A DNA stretch of 64,000 nucleotides. Origin: Actinomycetota bacterium (lineage in GTDB: Bacteria > Actinomycetota > Actinomycetes > Actinomycetales > Microbacteriaceae). Both the position numbers and the translations under genes were made by a program. Below are positions 54,038 through 63,264 of the stretch, one piece after another. The stretch covers positions 63,097 through 127,096 of the forward strand of contig JBEEOO010000001.1 in the NCBI GenBank assembly GCA_041191585.1. Reading direction: 5' to 3'. Within the stretch, counting starts at the first letter, position 1. Each line of letters opens with the position of its first letter. The notes under the pieces are model-generated. The model saw only the letters and a list, made by a program, of their open reading frames with translations, did no database searches and had not been told where the DNA came from.

Positions 54038-55270
54038 TCAAACTTTAGTTCGAGACACTGCTCGCCACCGTGAACGCTGATAGCTGACTAATCCGAAAAG
54101 CTGCAGAGCTGAAAGGGCAAAGTCTGTCTCGCTTGAGGTCAGCCCAGCCGACAGCGCGATCTCGGGTGCGGTCAACTCTTCAAAGCCAATGGCATCGAGT
54201 GCGCGCGTCTCTAAAGCCCCAAGCGTGAGAGCCTGATTGCCGTGTCCTAACTCTTTCAAGCCTGAAATCTCTAAAAAATCATTTGAACTCTGCACGAGTT
54301 CTGCGACCCGTTCGGCAATCATCATGTTGCAGCCCTGTGATGCAGGCGAGGATATCGGCCCCGGCACAGCAAAAACCCTTCGGTTGAGCGTCGCCGCCCT
54401 ATTGGCGGTGTTTCTGGCTCCGGATTTGAACCCAGCCTCGACCACAAGGGTCGTTTGAGACATAGCCGCAATCAACCTATTTCGCTGCAAAAAGCGCCAT
54501 TTACTTGGGTGCACTCTGGCGGGAACCTCGGCAACTACTGCCCCCTCAGCAATGATTCGACTTAGCAATTGATGATTAGCCCTCGGATAAAGCGAATCAA
54601 GCCCGCCGGCCATCACAGCGATAGTCTTGCCGCCCATTGCAAGAGCGGTGCGATGGGCAATGGCATCGATGCCGTATGCCCCACCCGACACTACGGTTGC
54701 ACCTGCCTCGACAATTGCAGCGGTTAGGTCCTGAGTAATCTTCTCGCCATAGCTGGTGCTTGCCCTAGCACCTACAACCGAAACTGAATGCTCAGCCGAG
54801 GCAATTGCATCCAGCGAACCTCGATACCAAAGCATTCTCGGTCGGTGAAAACCAAGATCTTGCATGCCCGAAGGCCAACGGTGTTCGTGATCGAAGATGA
54901 TTCTTGTGTTGACTCTCGAAAGTATTTCGAGGCTTTCGAGCAATGTCGCGAAGCTCAATCTGGGCAGCCAGCGCTCGAGCCCATCAGCGATTAGCTTTTC
55001 AATTTCACCGATATGCAACTCATCAAAGGCATTGCCTTGCTCTTGCACCTGGAGTGCTAGGAGAGAAACTGAATCGCGATTTATCAGAGAGTTCAAGGCG
55101 GGTTCGGCCCCAAGTGAATCAATAAGTTTTCCGGCAGTTGAATCACCTGGCTCGCATAAAAGATTCCATGCAACTTGGGCCAGCATTTCGCCATTAGGTG
55201 GCAAGTCAGTCAGATTTTCTAGCAGCCGGTAGGCGGCTTGCTCTTCTCTTGTTTTTGTGTTGAGCATCAA
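54038..55270 (-). CDS. dprA: DNA-processing protein A
   Basis: VVGAR, VSGGAYGID, FLQRNRLIAA, VVEAG. Confidence 0.94.
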   Translation of the reverse strand: MMLNTKTREEQAAYRLLENLTDLPPNGEMLAQVAWNLLCEPGDSTAGKLIDSLGAEPALNSLINRDSVSLLALQVQEQGNAFDELHIGEIEKLIADGLERWLPRLSFATLLESLEILSRVNTRIIFDHEHRWPSGMQDLGFHRPRMLWYRGSLDAIASAEHSVSVVGARASTSYGEKITQDLTAAIVEAGATVVSGGAYGIDAIAHRTALAMGGKTIAVMAGGLDSLYPRANHQLLSRIIAEGAVVAEVPARVHPSKWRFLQRNRLIAAMSQTTLVVEAGFKSGARNTANRAATLNRRVFAVPGPISSPASQGCNMMIAERVAELVQSSNDFLEISGLKELGHGNQALTLGALETRALDAIGFEELTAPEIALSAGLTSSETDFALSALQLFGLVSYQRSRWRAVSRTKV

Positions 55271-56844
55271 AAAACCGGCTCCATCGGATTGTCGGATCCC
55301 CTGAAAAACAGGGCCTTAGTCACGTCATCGGCAGTTGGGCTTGAATTGCCGGCGAGATCGGCGATTGTCCAGGCAAGACGCAGGCAGCGGTCATAGGCGC
55401 GCATGCTGATCTGCCCGCGATCAAGAGCTCGGTTCAGGTTTAGAACAGAAGCCCTGGCTGGCATCAGATGCCTTCGCAGATATGGGCCCGAAATTCGAGA
55501 ATTGAGCACCCATGGGGTTGCGGCTAAGCGTTCGGCACTGACCGACCTGGCTAGTTCAACTTTGGCTTTAATGGCAGCCGACGAGACACCGGCACCTTCG
55601 CTTCGGATTATCGCCATTTCAGCTGCGCTGGTCGGCTGAAGGCTCAATCGCATGTCGAGTCGATCAAGCAGCGGACCAGAGAGCTTTGACGAGTATCTGA
55701 CGCGCTGAATCGGGCTGCAGATGCAGGATTTGTTTTGACTAAAGAGTCGCCCGCATGGGCAAGGATTCGCCGCCATGATCAGCTGAAATTTGGCGGGAAA
55801 CCTAACGGTAGCTGCCGAGCGACTTATGGAAACCTCGCCGGATTCGAGCGGTTGCCTAAGAGACTCGAGCGCGGCTAGTCGAAACTCAGGAGCTTCGTCT
55901 AGGAATAGAACGCCGTTGTTCGCCAATGAAATAAGGCCTGGCGATGGTGATCCGGCGCCTCCGCCGACCAACGCAGCAACAGTGCAGGTGTGGTGTGGTG
56001 CTTGAAACGGCGGTCTGGCAATTAGTTCTGGAGCACCGAGCGAGGCCCCCGTTTTGGTTTTGCTGATTGAGAAAAGTGCAGTTGTCTCTAATGCTGAGTC
56101 GAGCTGCAGGTCGGGCAAAATCGACGGCAGCCGCTCGGCGAGCATTGTCTTGCCGGCCCCCGGTGGACCGACCATAAAAACGTGATGACCACCTGCGGCT
56201 GCAATTGTCATAGCTGTGATTGCCGTCTCTTGACCGGCGATGTCGGCGAAGTCTTTGGGTTCAGTTGCGTCTTGTCGACTCGAAACCACTTCAACCGATG
56301 GGGCAATCGCCAGGTTTGGTCGCACGGCCGATTTGGCACCGTGCATTTTGGCAACCTCAGCAAAGTGATCAACAGCGATTATTTCTAACCCTGAAACCAG
56401 CTCGGCTTCAGATAGATTCGCAGTCGGCACAATGGCACTAGAAAAGCCAGCAGCCCGAGCCGCGAGCAAAGCAGGTAACACCCCGGCAACTGAACGAATG
56501 CTGCCGTCAAGCCCGAGCTCACCAATGTGAACATGCTTGGCGACCAAACCTGCCTGAATGTCGCCGGCGGCAGCCAAAACCGCCACCGCTATTGCCAGGT
56601 CAAAAGTTGATCCGTGTTTTGGCAGCGAGGTTGGCGACAGATTCACCGTAACTCGCTGGCCTGGCATTTTCAGCCCCGAGTTTGTTATTGCCGAGCGCAC
56701 GCGGTCGCGAGATTCAAGCAACGAAGAATCGGGCAACCCGACCAAAACAAAGCTTGGCAAATTGCTAGATATCTCGGCTTCGATCTCGATGACTGTTCCC
56801 GAAAGACCACTCAAACCCATCGAAAAGCTTTTAGCCAGTGACAC
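55267..56844 (-). CDS. comM: ComM/YifB AAA+ helicase
   Basis: VGLPD, VNLSP, GPPGAGKT, FLDEAPEF, NPCPCG; GTG start at 56844. Confidence 0.93.
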   Translation of the reverse strand: MSLAKSFSMGLSGLSGTVIEIEAEISSNLPSFVLVGLPDSSLLESRDRVRSAITNSGLKMPGQRVTVNLSPTSLPKHGSTFDLAIAVAVLAAAGDIQAGLVAKHVHIGELGLDGSIRSVAGVLPALLAARAAGFSSAIVPTANLSEAELVSGLEIIAVDHFAEVAKMHGAKSAVRPNLAIAPSVEVVSSRQDATEPKDFADIAGQETAITAMTIAAAGGHHVFMVGPPGAGKTMLAERLPSILPDLQLDSALETTALFSISKTKTGASLGAPELIARPPFQAPHHTCTVAALVGGGAGSPSPGLISLANNGVLFLDEAPEFRLAALESLRQPLESGEVSISRSAATVRFPAKFQLIMAANPCPCGRLFSQNKSCICSPIQRVRYSSKLSGPLLDRLDMRLSLQPTSAAEMAIIRSEGAGVSSAAIKAKVELARSVSAERLAATPWVLNSRISGPYLRRHLMPARASVLNLNRALDRGQISMRAYDRCLRLAWTIADLAGNSSPTADDVTKALFFRGSDNPMEPVF

Positions 56845-57197
56845 TAGAAAACCTGCTTGAGGTGCTCGATGTTGACCCGACCGCCCGAAACCAAAACCGA
56901 AACAGCGTCGAGTCGAACCGAAACTGCCGATATTTCTTTGGCGCGGCACCACTGGGCCACTAACTTTCGCATTCGGGCGAGTTTTTGCGGCGTAATCGCC
57001 TCAAACGGATGGCCAAATCCGCTGCCATTACGAGTCTTGACCTCGACAAATACAAGTCGGTCGTGGTCGCGTGCAACCAGGTCTATTTCTCCGGAATTGC
57101 AGTGCCAGTTGCGATCAATTATTTGATAGCCCAGCTTGGCCAGATATTGCGCTGCCTGCTCTTCGCCGTAGCGACCGAGAATGTGGTTTGCCTTCAT
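56844..57197 (-). CDS. yraN: YraN-family PD-(D/E)xK nuclease
   Basis: LGRYGE, RNW, GEIDLVA, VFVEVKTR. Confidence 0.93.
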   Translation of the reverse strand: MKANHILGRYGEEQAAQYLAKLGYQIIDRNWHCNSGEIDLVARDHDRLVFVEVKTRNGSGFGHPFEAITPQKLARMRKLVAQWCRAKEISAVSVRLDAVSVLVSGGRVNIEHLKQVF

Positions 57198-57203
57198 GAG
57201 GCA

Positions 57204-57256
57204 ATAATCAAATAGCCACGCGGATCAGAAAAGGGGTTTGCGAAATCTGTGCAAAA
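57204..57256 (-). promoter_or_regulatory. Box-37nt-(-10) leaderless promoter of yraN-comM-dprA-xerC
   Basis: TTTTGCACAG (57256-57247), 37-nt spacer beginning ATT, GATTAT (57209-57204), 6 nt, ATG at 57197. Confidence 0.7.
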
Positions 57257-57299
57257 AGTGGCTGTTTTTATAGAAACAGCGAGGGTCAGAAATGACCAG

Positions 57300-57623
57300 C
57301 TACTCGCCTACCGCTAGCTCTTTAGGCAAATTGAAGGCCTTGCCTGTGAGCTCTTCGACGTTGACGTCTTTGAAAGTCAAAACACGAACATTTGCGACAA
57401 AACGGTCGGTGCGATAGATGTCCCAAACCCAAACATCAATCATGTTCAGTTCAAAATAAAAGTCACTGGCGGCGTCTACGCGCTTTAGGTCGACCTCGTT
57501 GGCCAGATAAAAACGGCGCTCGGTCTCAACTACATACTTGAAAGTTCCGACTACGTCGCGGTACTCACGATAAAGCGCAAGCTCTGCGTCTCTCTCGTAG
57601 TCGTCGAAATCGTTTTCTTCCAT
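57300..57623 (-). CDS. DUF2469-family protein
   Basis: LYREYRDVV, VETERRFYLAN, VWVWD, TFKDVNVEEL. Confidence 0.9.
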   Translation of the reverse strand: MEENDFDDYERDAELALYREYRDVVGTFKYVVETERRFYLANEVDLKRVDAASDFYFELNMIDVWVWDIYRTDRFVANVRVLTFKDVNVEELTGKAFNLPKELAVGE

Positions 57624-57633
57624 TTGGCTAATT

Positions 57634-58329
57634 CTAAACTGCTTGCTCGTCAGCCAAAATCCGTGTCAGCCAAGTGACGCGGTGCTCGGCACTGGGGCCC
57701 AGGCTGCGCAGTGCCTCGATGTGACCAGCAGAGGCATAACCTTTATGCCCCTCAAATTGATACCCGGGCACAGAGCGAGCTAAATCGGTCATCAAAGCGT
57801 CTCGCTCAACTTTGGCAACCACCGACGCGCAGGCAACTGAAACGCAATCGCGGTCGGCTTTGGTGCGTGCGATAACCGGGATTCCCGAAGCTTGTGTTCC
57901 TAGCCAGTTGTGCGAACCGTCGAGAATAATAATCGCGCCATCGCGAGCGATTTCAGCCCTTAGTTGCGCTGATTCAAGCAGCTGTTCTAGAGCTCTGCCG
58001 GCGGCAAGCGCTAGAGACTTTGTGATGCCAAGTTGGTCGATCTGAACGGCAGAAATAAAACCGGTATGAACGCCAGCCGCCCACTCTTGCACCAGTGGCG
58101 CTGTTGCTTCACGAGACTTTGCTGACATCAGCTTTGAATCGGCAAGTGCGCTCGGCCAAGGAGTCGTATATGTGTCTGATTTCGAATCGATAAGCGCAGC
58201 TGCTACGGCAACCGGGCCGGCAATTGCTCCACGGCCAACCTCATCGATACCGATCACAAAACGATTGCCCGAGGCAATAAGTTCGTGCTCGAAACTAAGG
58301 CTTGGGAACGTTTTTGAAGACATCGGCAT
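57634..58329 (-). CDS. rnhB: Ribonuclease HII
   Basis: GIDEVGRG, DSK, LDG, ASVVAKV, HKGY. Confidence 0.94.
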   Translation of the reverse strand: MPMSSKTFPSLSFEHELIASGNRFVIGIDEVGRGAIAGPVAVAAALIDSKSDTYTTPWPSALADSKLMSAKSREATAPLVQEWAAGVHTGFISAVQIDQLGITKSLALAAGRALEQLLESAQLRAEIARDGAIIILDGSHNWLGTQASGIPVIARTKADRDCVSVACASVVAKVERDALMTDLARSVPGYQFEGHKGYASAGHIEALRSLGPSAEHRVTWLTRILADEQAV

Positions 58330-59050
58330 AGCTGTCCAGCCAAGTCCAGTGGGCTACCGGAAAAGTGATTACGAATGCGCGACCAACTACGAATTCTTTG
58401 CCGACAAAGCCCTTGGATGGCAGGTCAAGGTGAAAACGCGAGTCGGCACTGCCATCACGGTTGTCACCCATCACCCAAAATGATCCTTCGGGCACGGTCA
58501 CATCGAAATTAATTGAAGAAGGCGCGGCGCCCTTGGCTATGTATGGCTCAGTAATCGAGGTGCCGTTGATTGAAATTTTGCCGTCTGCGTCACAGCAAAC
58601 CACGTGGTCGCCACCAACGCCGATCACACGCTTCACAAGGTGTTGCGCACTGTCAGGAGCCGTGATGCCAAATGCCGAAAGGAACCAGTCAGATGCTTCT
58701 TGGTAGAACGGCTTTGGCTGAGAATCAACCACACCGAGCCAACCGCCCGGGTCTTTGAAGACCACGACGTCGCCGCGGTTTAGCGGAACCAAGTCAGGCA
58801 CGAGCTCATTGACCATGATTCGGTCGTCAATCTGCAGAGTTTCGAGCATTGATCCCGATGGGATGAAGAACGAACGAAGCAGAAATGTCTTGACTAAAAG
58901 CGAAAGCACCAGCGCTGCTCCGACAATTACCAGTAGGTCAATGAAGAAAGAAACAAAGATGTTCTTTCGCATTCGACGCCACTTTTGGCTGATCTTAGAG
59001 CGGGCTGGTGCTTTTGCTTGTGGGCTTTTTAATTGCCCGAAGTCTGTCAT
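58295..59050 (-). CDS. lepB: Signal peptidase I
   Basis: IPSGSM, LVKRVIG, MGDNR..SADSR. Confidence 0.95.
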   Translation of the reverse strand: MTDFGQLKSPQAKAPARSKISQKWRRMRKNIFVSFFIDLLVIVGAALVLSLLVKTFLLRSFFIPSGSMLETLQIDDRIMVNELVPDLVPLNRGDVVVFKDPGGWLGVVDSQPKPFYQEASDWFLSAFGITAPDSAQHLVKRVIGVGGDHVVCCDADGKISINGTSITEPYIAKGAAPSSINFDVTVPEGSFWVMGDNRDGSADSRFHLDLPSKGFVGKEFVVGRAFVITFPVAHWTWLDSYADVFKNVPKP

Positions 59051-59075
59051 AAAGACAAGCGTATTTCAGAAATAC

Positions 59076-59435
59076 TTAGTTTGAAGCTGGGGTGTCGCGA
59101 AGTTCTTTGATCTTCGCCTTCTTGCCGCGAAGGTCGCGTAGGAAGTAAAGCTTCGCGCGACGAACGTCACCACGAGAGACAACTTCGATCTTGTCGATTA
59201 CTGGTGAGTGAACTGGGAAAGTACGCTCTACGCCGACCTGGAAAGAGATCTTGCGAACGGTGAAAGTCTCGCGGACTGAATCGCCTGAACGACGAATTAC
59301 GATGCCCTTGAAAACCTGAACACGGCTGCGGTTACCTTCGATGATGTTTACGTGCACGTTAACGGTGTCACCAACACGGAATGCTGGGATGTCGCTACGT
59401 AGGCTCTTGGCGTCTACTGCATCAAGAATGTTCAT
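59076..59435 (-). CDS. rplS: 50S ribosomal protein L19
   Basis: [26 protein letters not shown]. Confidence 0.97.
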   Translation of the reverse strand: MNILDAVDAKSLRSDIPAFRVGDTVNVHVNIIEGNRSRVQVFKGIVIRRSGDSVRETFTVRKISFQVGVERTFPVHSPVIDKIEVVSRGDVRRAKLYFLRDLRGKKAKIKELRDTPASN

Positions 59436-59575
59436 TTTGATTCACTCTCTGTCTCTGCACGCAGGTCAAAAACGGGTTAGGTTTTGAAAAAGTTTTTGTC
59501 GTCTTTGCTAGGCCTCGCTCCCCTGCGGCAGAGCATCAAGAGGCGGACAACCTCAATAGTTTAGACGATTTCGGG

Positions 59576-60262
59576 CTATTCAGGCAACAGGTCTGGGCGA
59601 ACTGATTTGGTTCGCTCGATCTGCTGCTCTTTGCGCCACTTGGCGATCAGTGCGTGATTGCCGCTGGTCAGCACCTCTGGCACATCGAAACCGCGCCATG
59701 AAGCTGGCTTGGTGTAGCTCGGGTATTCAAGCAGACCGTCTGAGTGAGACTCCTCGACCAAGCTTTCGGCATTGCCGATAACCCCCGGAATCAAGCGAGC
59801 AATCGCCTCGACCATTGCGATTGCAGCAACCTCGCCACCGTTGAGTACATAGTCACCGAGACTAATCATTCGCACATTGGCCTTGGTTTTTGCATACTCA
59901 ACAACGCGCTGGTCGATGCCCTCATAGCGACCGCAAGCAAACACGAGATGTGGCAGCTTAGCCAACTCGTATGCGGTTTCTTGCTTGAATAGCTCGCCTG
60001 CAGGCGAAGTGAAAATTACCGTCGATGAGCTGTCTTCAGCCAAAATGTCGTCGAATGCTTCGCCCCACGGTTCAGGCTTCATCAGCATTCCCGCACCACC
60101 GCCATACGGTGAATCGTCAACGGTGCGGTGCTTGTCGTGGGTATAGGTGCGAAGATCGTGCGCGTTGAAGTCAAGGATTTGTTTTTCTCGAGCTTTGCCC
60201 AGCAGAGAAAGATCTAGCGCTTGAAAATAGTCAGGAAAAATCGAAATTGCATCGATTCGCAT
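59576..60262 (-). CDS. trmD: tRNA (guanine-N1)-methyltransferase
   Basis: [28 protein letters not shown]. Confidence 0.97.
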   Translation of the reverse strand: MRIDAISIFPDYFQALDLSLLGKAREKQILDFNAHDLRTYTHDKHRTVDDSPYGGGAGMLMKPEPWGEAFDDILAEDSSSTVIFTSPAGELFKQETAYELAKLPHLVFACGRYEGIDQRVVEYAKTKANVRMISLGDYVLNGGEVAAIAMVEAIARLIPGVIGNAESLVEESHSDGLLEYPSYTKPASWRGFDVPEVLTSGNHALIAKWRKEQQIERTKSVRPDLLPE

Positions 60263-60264
60263 GA

Positions 60265-60816
60265 TTATTCCTCTGGAAGTTCTTCGAACAAACCACCCGG
60301 CGGAGTGATTGTGATGGTGCCGGCCTTGATGTCAACCGCAGGAACTAATGCCTTTACGAAAGGCAGCAAGACTTCGCCATTGGTGGTTTCAATCGCCAAG
60401 ATGTCCTGTGCGGGCATGTGATCAACGCGGGTGACCTTGCCAACCTCGAGACCATCACGGATAGCCTTGAGGCCGACCAGTTGGTGGTCATACCAGGCAT
60501 CTGGTTCGGTTGGAAGAGTTGCGGTTTCGGCATTGACCAAAAGAATTGCCTTGATCAAGGTCTCGGCCTGATCGCGATCTTCGATGCCCTCTAGAAAAAT
60601 AACCGGAGACTGGTTGTACCAGCGAAGTTCTTTGACAGTGATGGTTTTGCCAAACCAAGGTGAGGATTCAGGAACCTGCAGTTCGAGCACCGCGCCTGGA
60701 ACGAAGCGTTCCTTTGGGCTGTCGGTATAAAGCTCGAGTTTGATTGCTCCTTTGAGGCCGTGAGCTTTGACTAAGCGGCCAACGCGGAGCGTGGTCTTGC
60801 TAGAAATCGGTGTCAA
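60265..60816 (-). CDS. rimM: Ribosome maturation factor RimM (start probably TTG at 60816)
   Basis: [25 protein letters not shown]. Confidence 0.94.
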   Translation of the reverse strand: MTPISSKTTLRVGRLVKAHGLKGAIKLELYTDSPKERFVPGAVLELQVPESSPWFGKTITVKELRWYNQSPVIFLEGIEDRDQAETLIKAILLVNAETATLPTEPDAWYDHQLVGLKAIRDGLEVGKVTRVDHMPAQDILAIETTNGEVLLPFVKALVPAVDIKAGTITITPPGGLFEELPEE

Positions 60817-61036
60817 CCACGTCGACACGGACTTTTTTGCCGTCTGCAAGCGCGCTAACTAGCGTGCGCAGAGCTTTGGCAGTGCGGCCGTTGCGCCCGA
60901 TCACTCGGCCCAGGTCATCTGGGTGCACGTGAATCTCAAGCAGGTCTCCGCGTGAGGTTGTGCGTGCTGATACAGAAGCGTCGTCGGGATTGTCGACGAT
61001 GCCCTTAACCAAGTGTTCGAGCGCAGCGGCTAGCAA
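60800..61036 (-). CDS. khpA: KH-domain RNA-binding protein
   Basis: DLGRVIGRNGRTA; located between rpsP and rimM. Confidence 0.93.
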   Translation of the reverse strand: MLAAALEHLVKGIVDNPDDASVSARTTSRGDLLEIHVHPDDLGRVIGRNGRTAKALRTLVSALADGKKVRVDVVDTDF

Positions 61037-61039
61037 TTA

Positions 61040-61627
61040 TTAAGCCTCTTCTGAAGCGGCTTCAGCAGCTGGAGCCTCTTCGGCGGCTGCTTCGGCTGGA
61101 GCTTCTTCGGCGGCTGGAGCCTCAACAGCAGCTTCTTCAACTGCTGGAGCTTCGGTTGCCTCTGGAGCTTCGGTTGCCTCTGGAGCTTCGGTTGCCTCTG
61201 GAGCTTCGGTTGCCTCGACGACTGACTCGTCAGCTGCAGGTGCTTCTTCAGCAACTGGTGCAGCCTTCTTCTTTAGCTCTTCCTTTGGAAGAAGTACAGC
61301 CTTCTTGTTTGAGTCAACAACGAACTCGGCCTTTGGAGCCTTGGTCTGAACGATGTTCTTTGCGTTCTTGTCACCCTTTGAAGCCTGGAAGTCACCAGTT
61401 AGCTTCAGGATTGCTAGAACCTGCTCGGTTGGCTGTGCGCCAACGCCTAGCCAGTACTGAGCGCGCTCTGAGTTAACTTCGATGAATGAAGGGTTCTCGG
61501 TCGGAATGTAACGACCGATCTCTTCGATTACACGACCGTCGCGGTGAGTACGTGAGTCAGCTACGACGATGCGGTAGTGAGGTGCACGGATTTTTCCGTG
61601 ACGCTTTAGGCGGATTTTTACAGCCAC
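61040..61627 (-). CDS. rpsP: 30S ribosomal protein S16 with long acidic C-terminal tail
   Basis: [24 protein letters not shown]; GTG at 61627 after AGGAG. Confidence 0.96.
   Translation of the reverse strand: MAVKIRLKRHGKIRAPHYRIVVADSRTHRDGRVIEEIGRYIPTENPSFIEVNSERAQYWLGVGAQPTEQVLAILKLTGDFQASKGDKNAKNIVQTKAPKAEFVVDSNKKAVLLPKEELKKKAAPVAEEAPAADESVVEATEAPEATEAPEATEAPEATEAPAVEEAAVEAPAAEEAPAEAAAEEAPAAEAASEEA
61144..61215. repeat. Perfect 18-bp x4 tandem repeat encoding (EATEAP)4
   Basis: CTGGAGCTTCGGTTGCCT repeated four times. Confidence 0.95.
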
Positions 61628-61756
61628 AATGCTCCTGATTAGGCACACTCGGAAGAAAAAGCTCTAGGGTTTGCCGCTGTTGCTCGGTTAGAGGGTCGAG
61701 CAGACGGCAACCGCTCTATTCTGCCAGAAGAAAGCCGAAATCGCTAGTTGTTCTAG

Positions 61757-63253
61757 CTAAATTCCGAAAGCCGAGCCGCCGCCCGAGGGCGATCCTGGCT
61801 TCTGCCCGCCTGAACGAGCGGCATCCTCGGCAGCGCGCTTAGCTGGGTTTCCAGACTTCGAGCCTTTTTTGCCCTTGTCTTTCTTTTTGCCACCACCGAT
61901 GTAGCCTCCGCCCATGCCCGGCATGCCCTGCATACCCGGCATCTGTGGAACGCCGCCCTTGGCAACAGTCTTCATCATCTTAGCAGCTTGCTCAAAGCGG
62001 TTCACCAGTGAATTTACGTCGGTGACGGTCATGCCCGAACCCTTAGCGATACGCATGCGACGTGATCCGTTCAGGATTTTTGGCTGACGACGCTCGGCTG
62101 GAGTCATGCTTCGGATAATCGCTTCGGTGCGGTCGATCTCTCGCTCATCGAAGTTTTCAAGCTGCTGACGCATCTGACCGGCACCCGGCATCATTGCCAA
62201 CAGGCTTTTCATCGAGCCCATTTTGCGAAGCTGCTGCATCTGCTCAAGAAAATCTTCGAGAGTGAAAGTCTCGCTGGCCAGTTTGTCGGCAAGCTTCTTG
62301 GCTTCTTCTTGGTCAAAAGCGCGCTGGGTCTGCTCAATGAGGGTGAGAACGTCACCCATATCAAGAATTCTGCTCGCCATGCGGTCTGGATAAAACGGCT
62401 CAAAAGCATCTAGCGCCTCGCCGGTAGATGAGAAAATTATTGGCTTGCCGGTGACCGAAGCAACCGAAAGCGCAGCACCTCCGCGAGCATCGCCATCCAG
62501 CTTGGTGAGCACGACACCGGTGATGCCAACGCCGTCTTCGAATGCCTTGGCTACGTTGACCGCGTCTTGACCAATCATCGAGTCAATGACAAACAAAACT
62601 TCGTCAGGGTTGACCGCATCGCGAATATCGCTAGCCTGCTTCATCAACTCTTCGTCGATGCCCAGACGACCGGCGGTGTCAACGATAACCACGCTGAACT
62701 GCGCCTTTTCGGCATGCTTGATTGCGTCTTTCGCAACCTTGACTGGGTTGCCGACACCGTTTCCTGGTTCAGGCGCAAACACCTGCACACCCGCACGTTC
62801 ACCAACTACCTGAAGCTGATTGACCGCATTAGGTCGCTGAAGGTCGGCCGCCACCAAAAGCGGAGTTTGGTTCTGATCCTTGAGCCACTTGGCAAGCTTT
62901 CCGGCCAGAGTGGTTTTTCCGGAACCCTGAAGACCCGCGAGCATAATCACGGTCGGTGGCTTCTTGGCAAAATTCAATTTGCGCTGTTCGCCACCGAGAA
63001 TCGCGATTAGCTCCTCGTTCACAATTTGAACGATTTGCTGAGCGGGGTTTAGTGCCTTTGAAACTTCGTCGCCCATTGCACGGTCGCGAACCGCACCAGT
63101 GAAGGCCTTGACCACATCTAGAGCAACGTCTGCCTCAAGCAACGCACGTCGAATTTCGCGAAGGGTGGCATCAATGTCGGCCGCGCTTAGCTTGCCCTTG
63201 CTGCGTAGGTTTTTGAAAGTATCGACTAAGCGATCTGAAAGATTTCCGAACAT
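61757..63253 (-). CDS. ffh: Signal recognition particle protein
   Basis: GLQGSGKTT, DTAGR, TKLDGDARGG, M domain. Confidence 0.97.
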   Translation of the reverse strand: MFGNLSDRLVDTFKNLRSKGKLSAADIDATLREIRRALLEADVALDVVKAFTGAVRDRAMGDEVSKALNPAQQIVQIVNEELIAILGGEQRKLNFAKKPPTVIMLAGLQGSGKTTLAGKLAKWLKDQNQTPLLVAADLQRPNAVNQLQVVGERAGVQVFAPEPGNGVGNPVKVAKDAIKHAEKAQFSVVIVDTAGRLGIDEELMKQASDIRDAVNPDEVLFVIDSMIGQDAVNVAKAFEDGVGITGVVLTKLDGDARGGAALSVASVTGKPIIFSSTGEALDAFEPFYPDRMASRILDMGDVLTLIEQTQRAFDQEEAKKLADKLASETFTLEDFLEQMQQLRKMGSMKSLLAMMPGAGQMRQQLENFDEREIDRTEAIIRSMTPAERRQPKILNGSRRMRIAKGSGMTVTDVNSLVNRFEQAAKMMKTVAKGGVPQMPGMQGMPGMGGGYIGGGKKKDKGKKGSKSGNPAKRAAEDAARSGGQKPGSPSGGGSAFGI

Positions 63254-63264
63254 TGGGCTTGATT

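Noticed and set aside
61144-61215. Direct repeats as a CRISPR array
   Set aside because: There are no spacers; it is an in-frame coding tandem repeat within rpsP.
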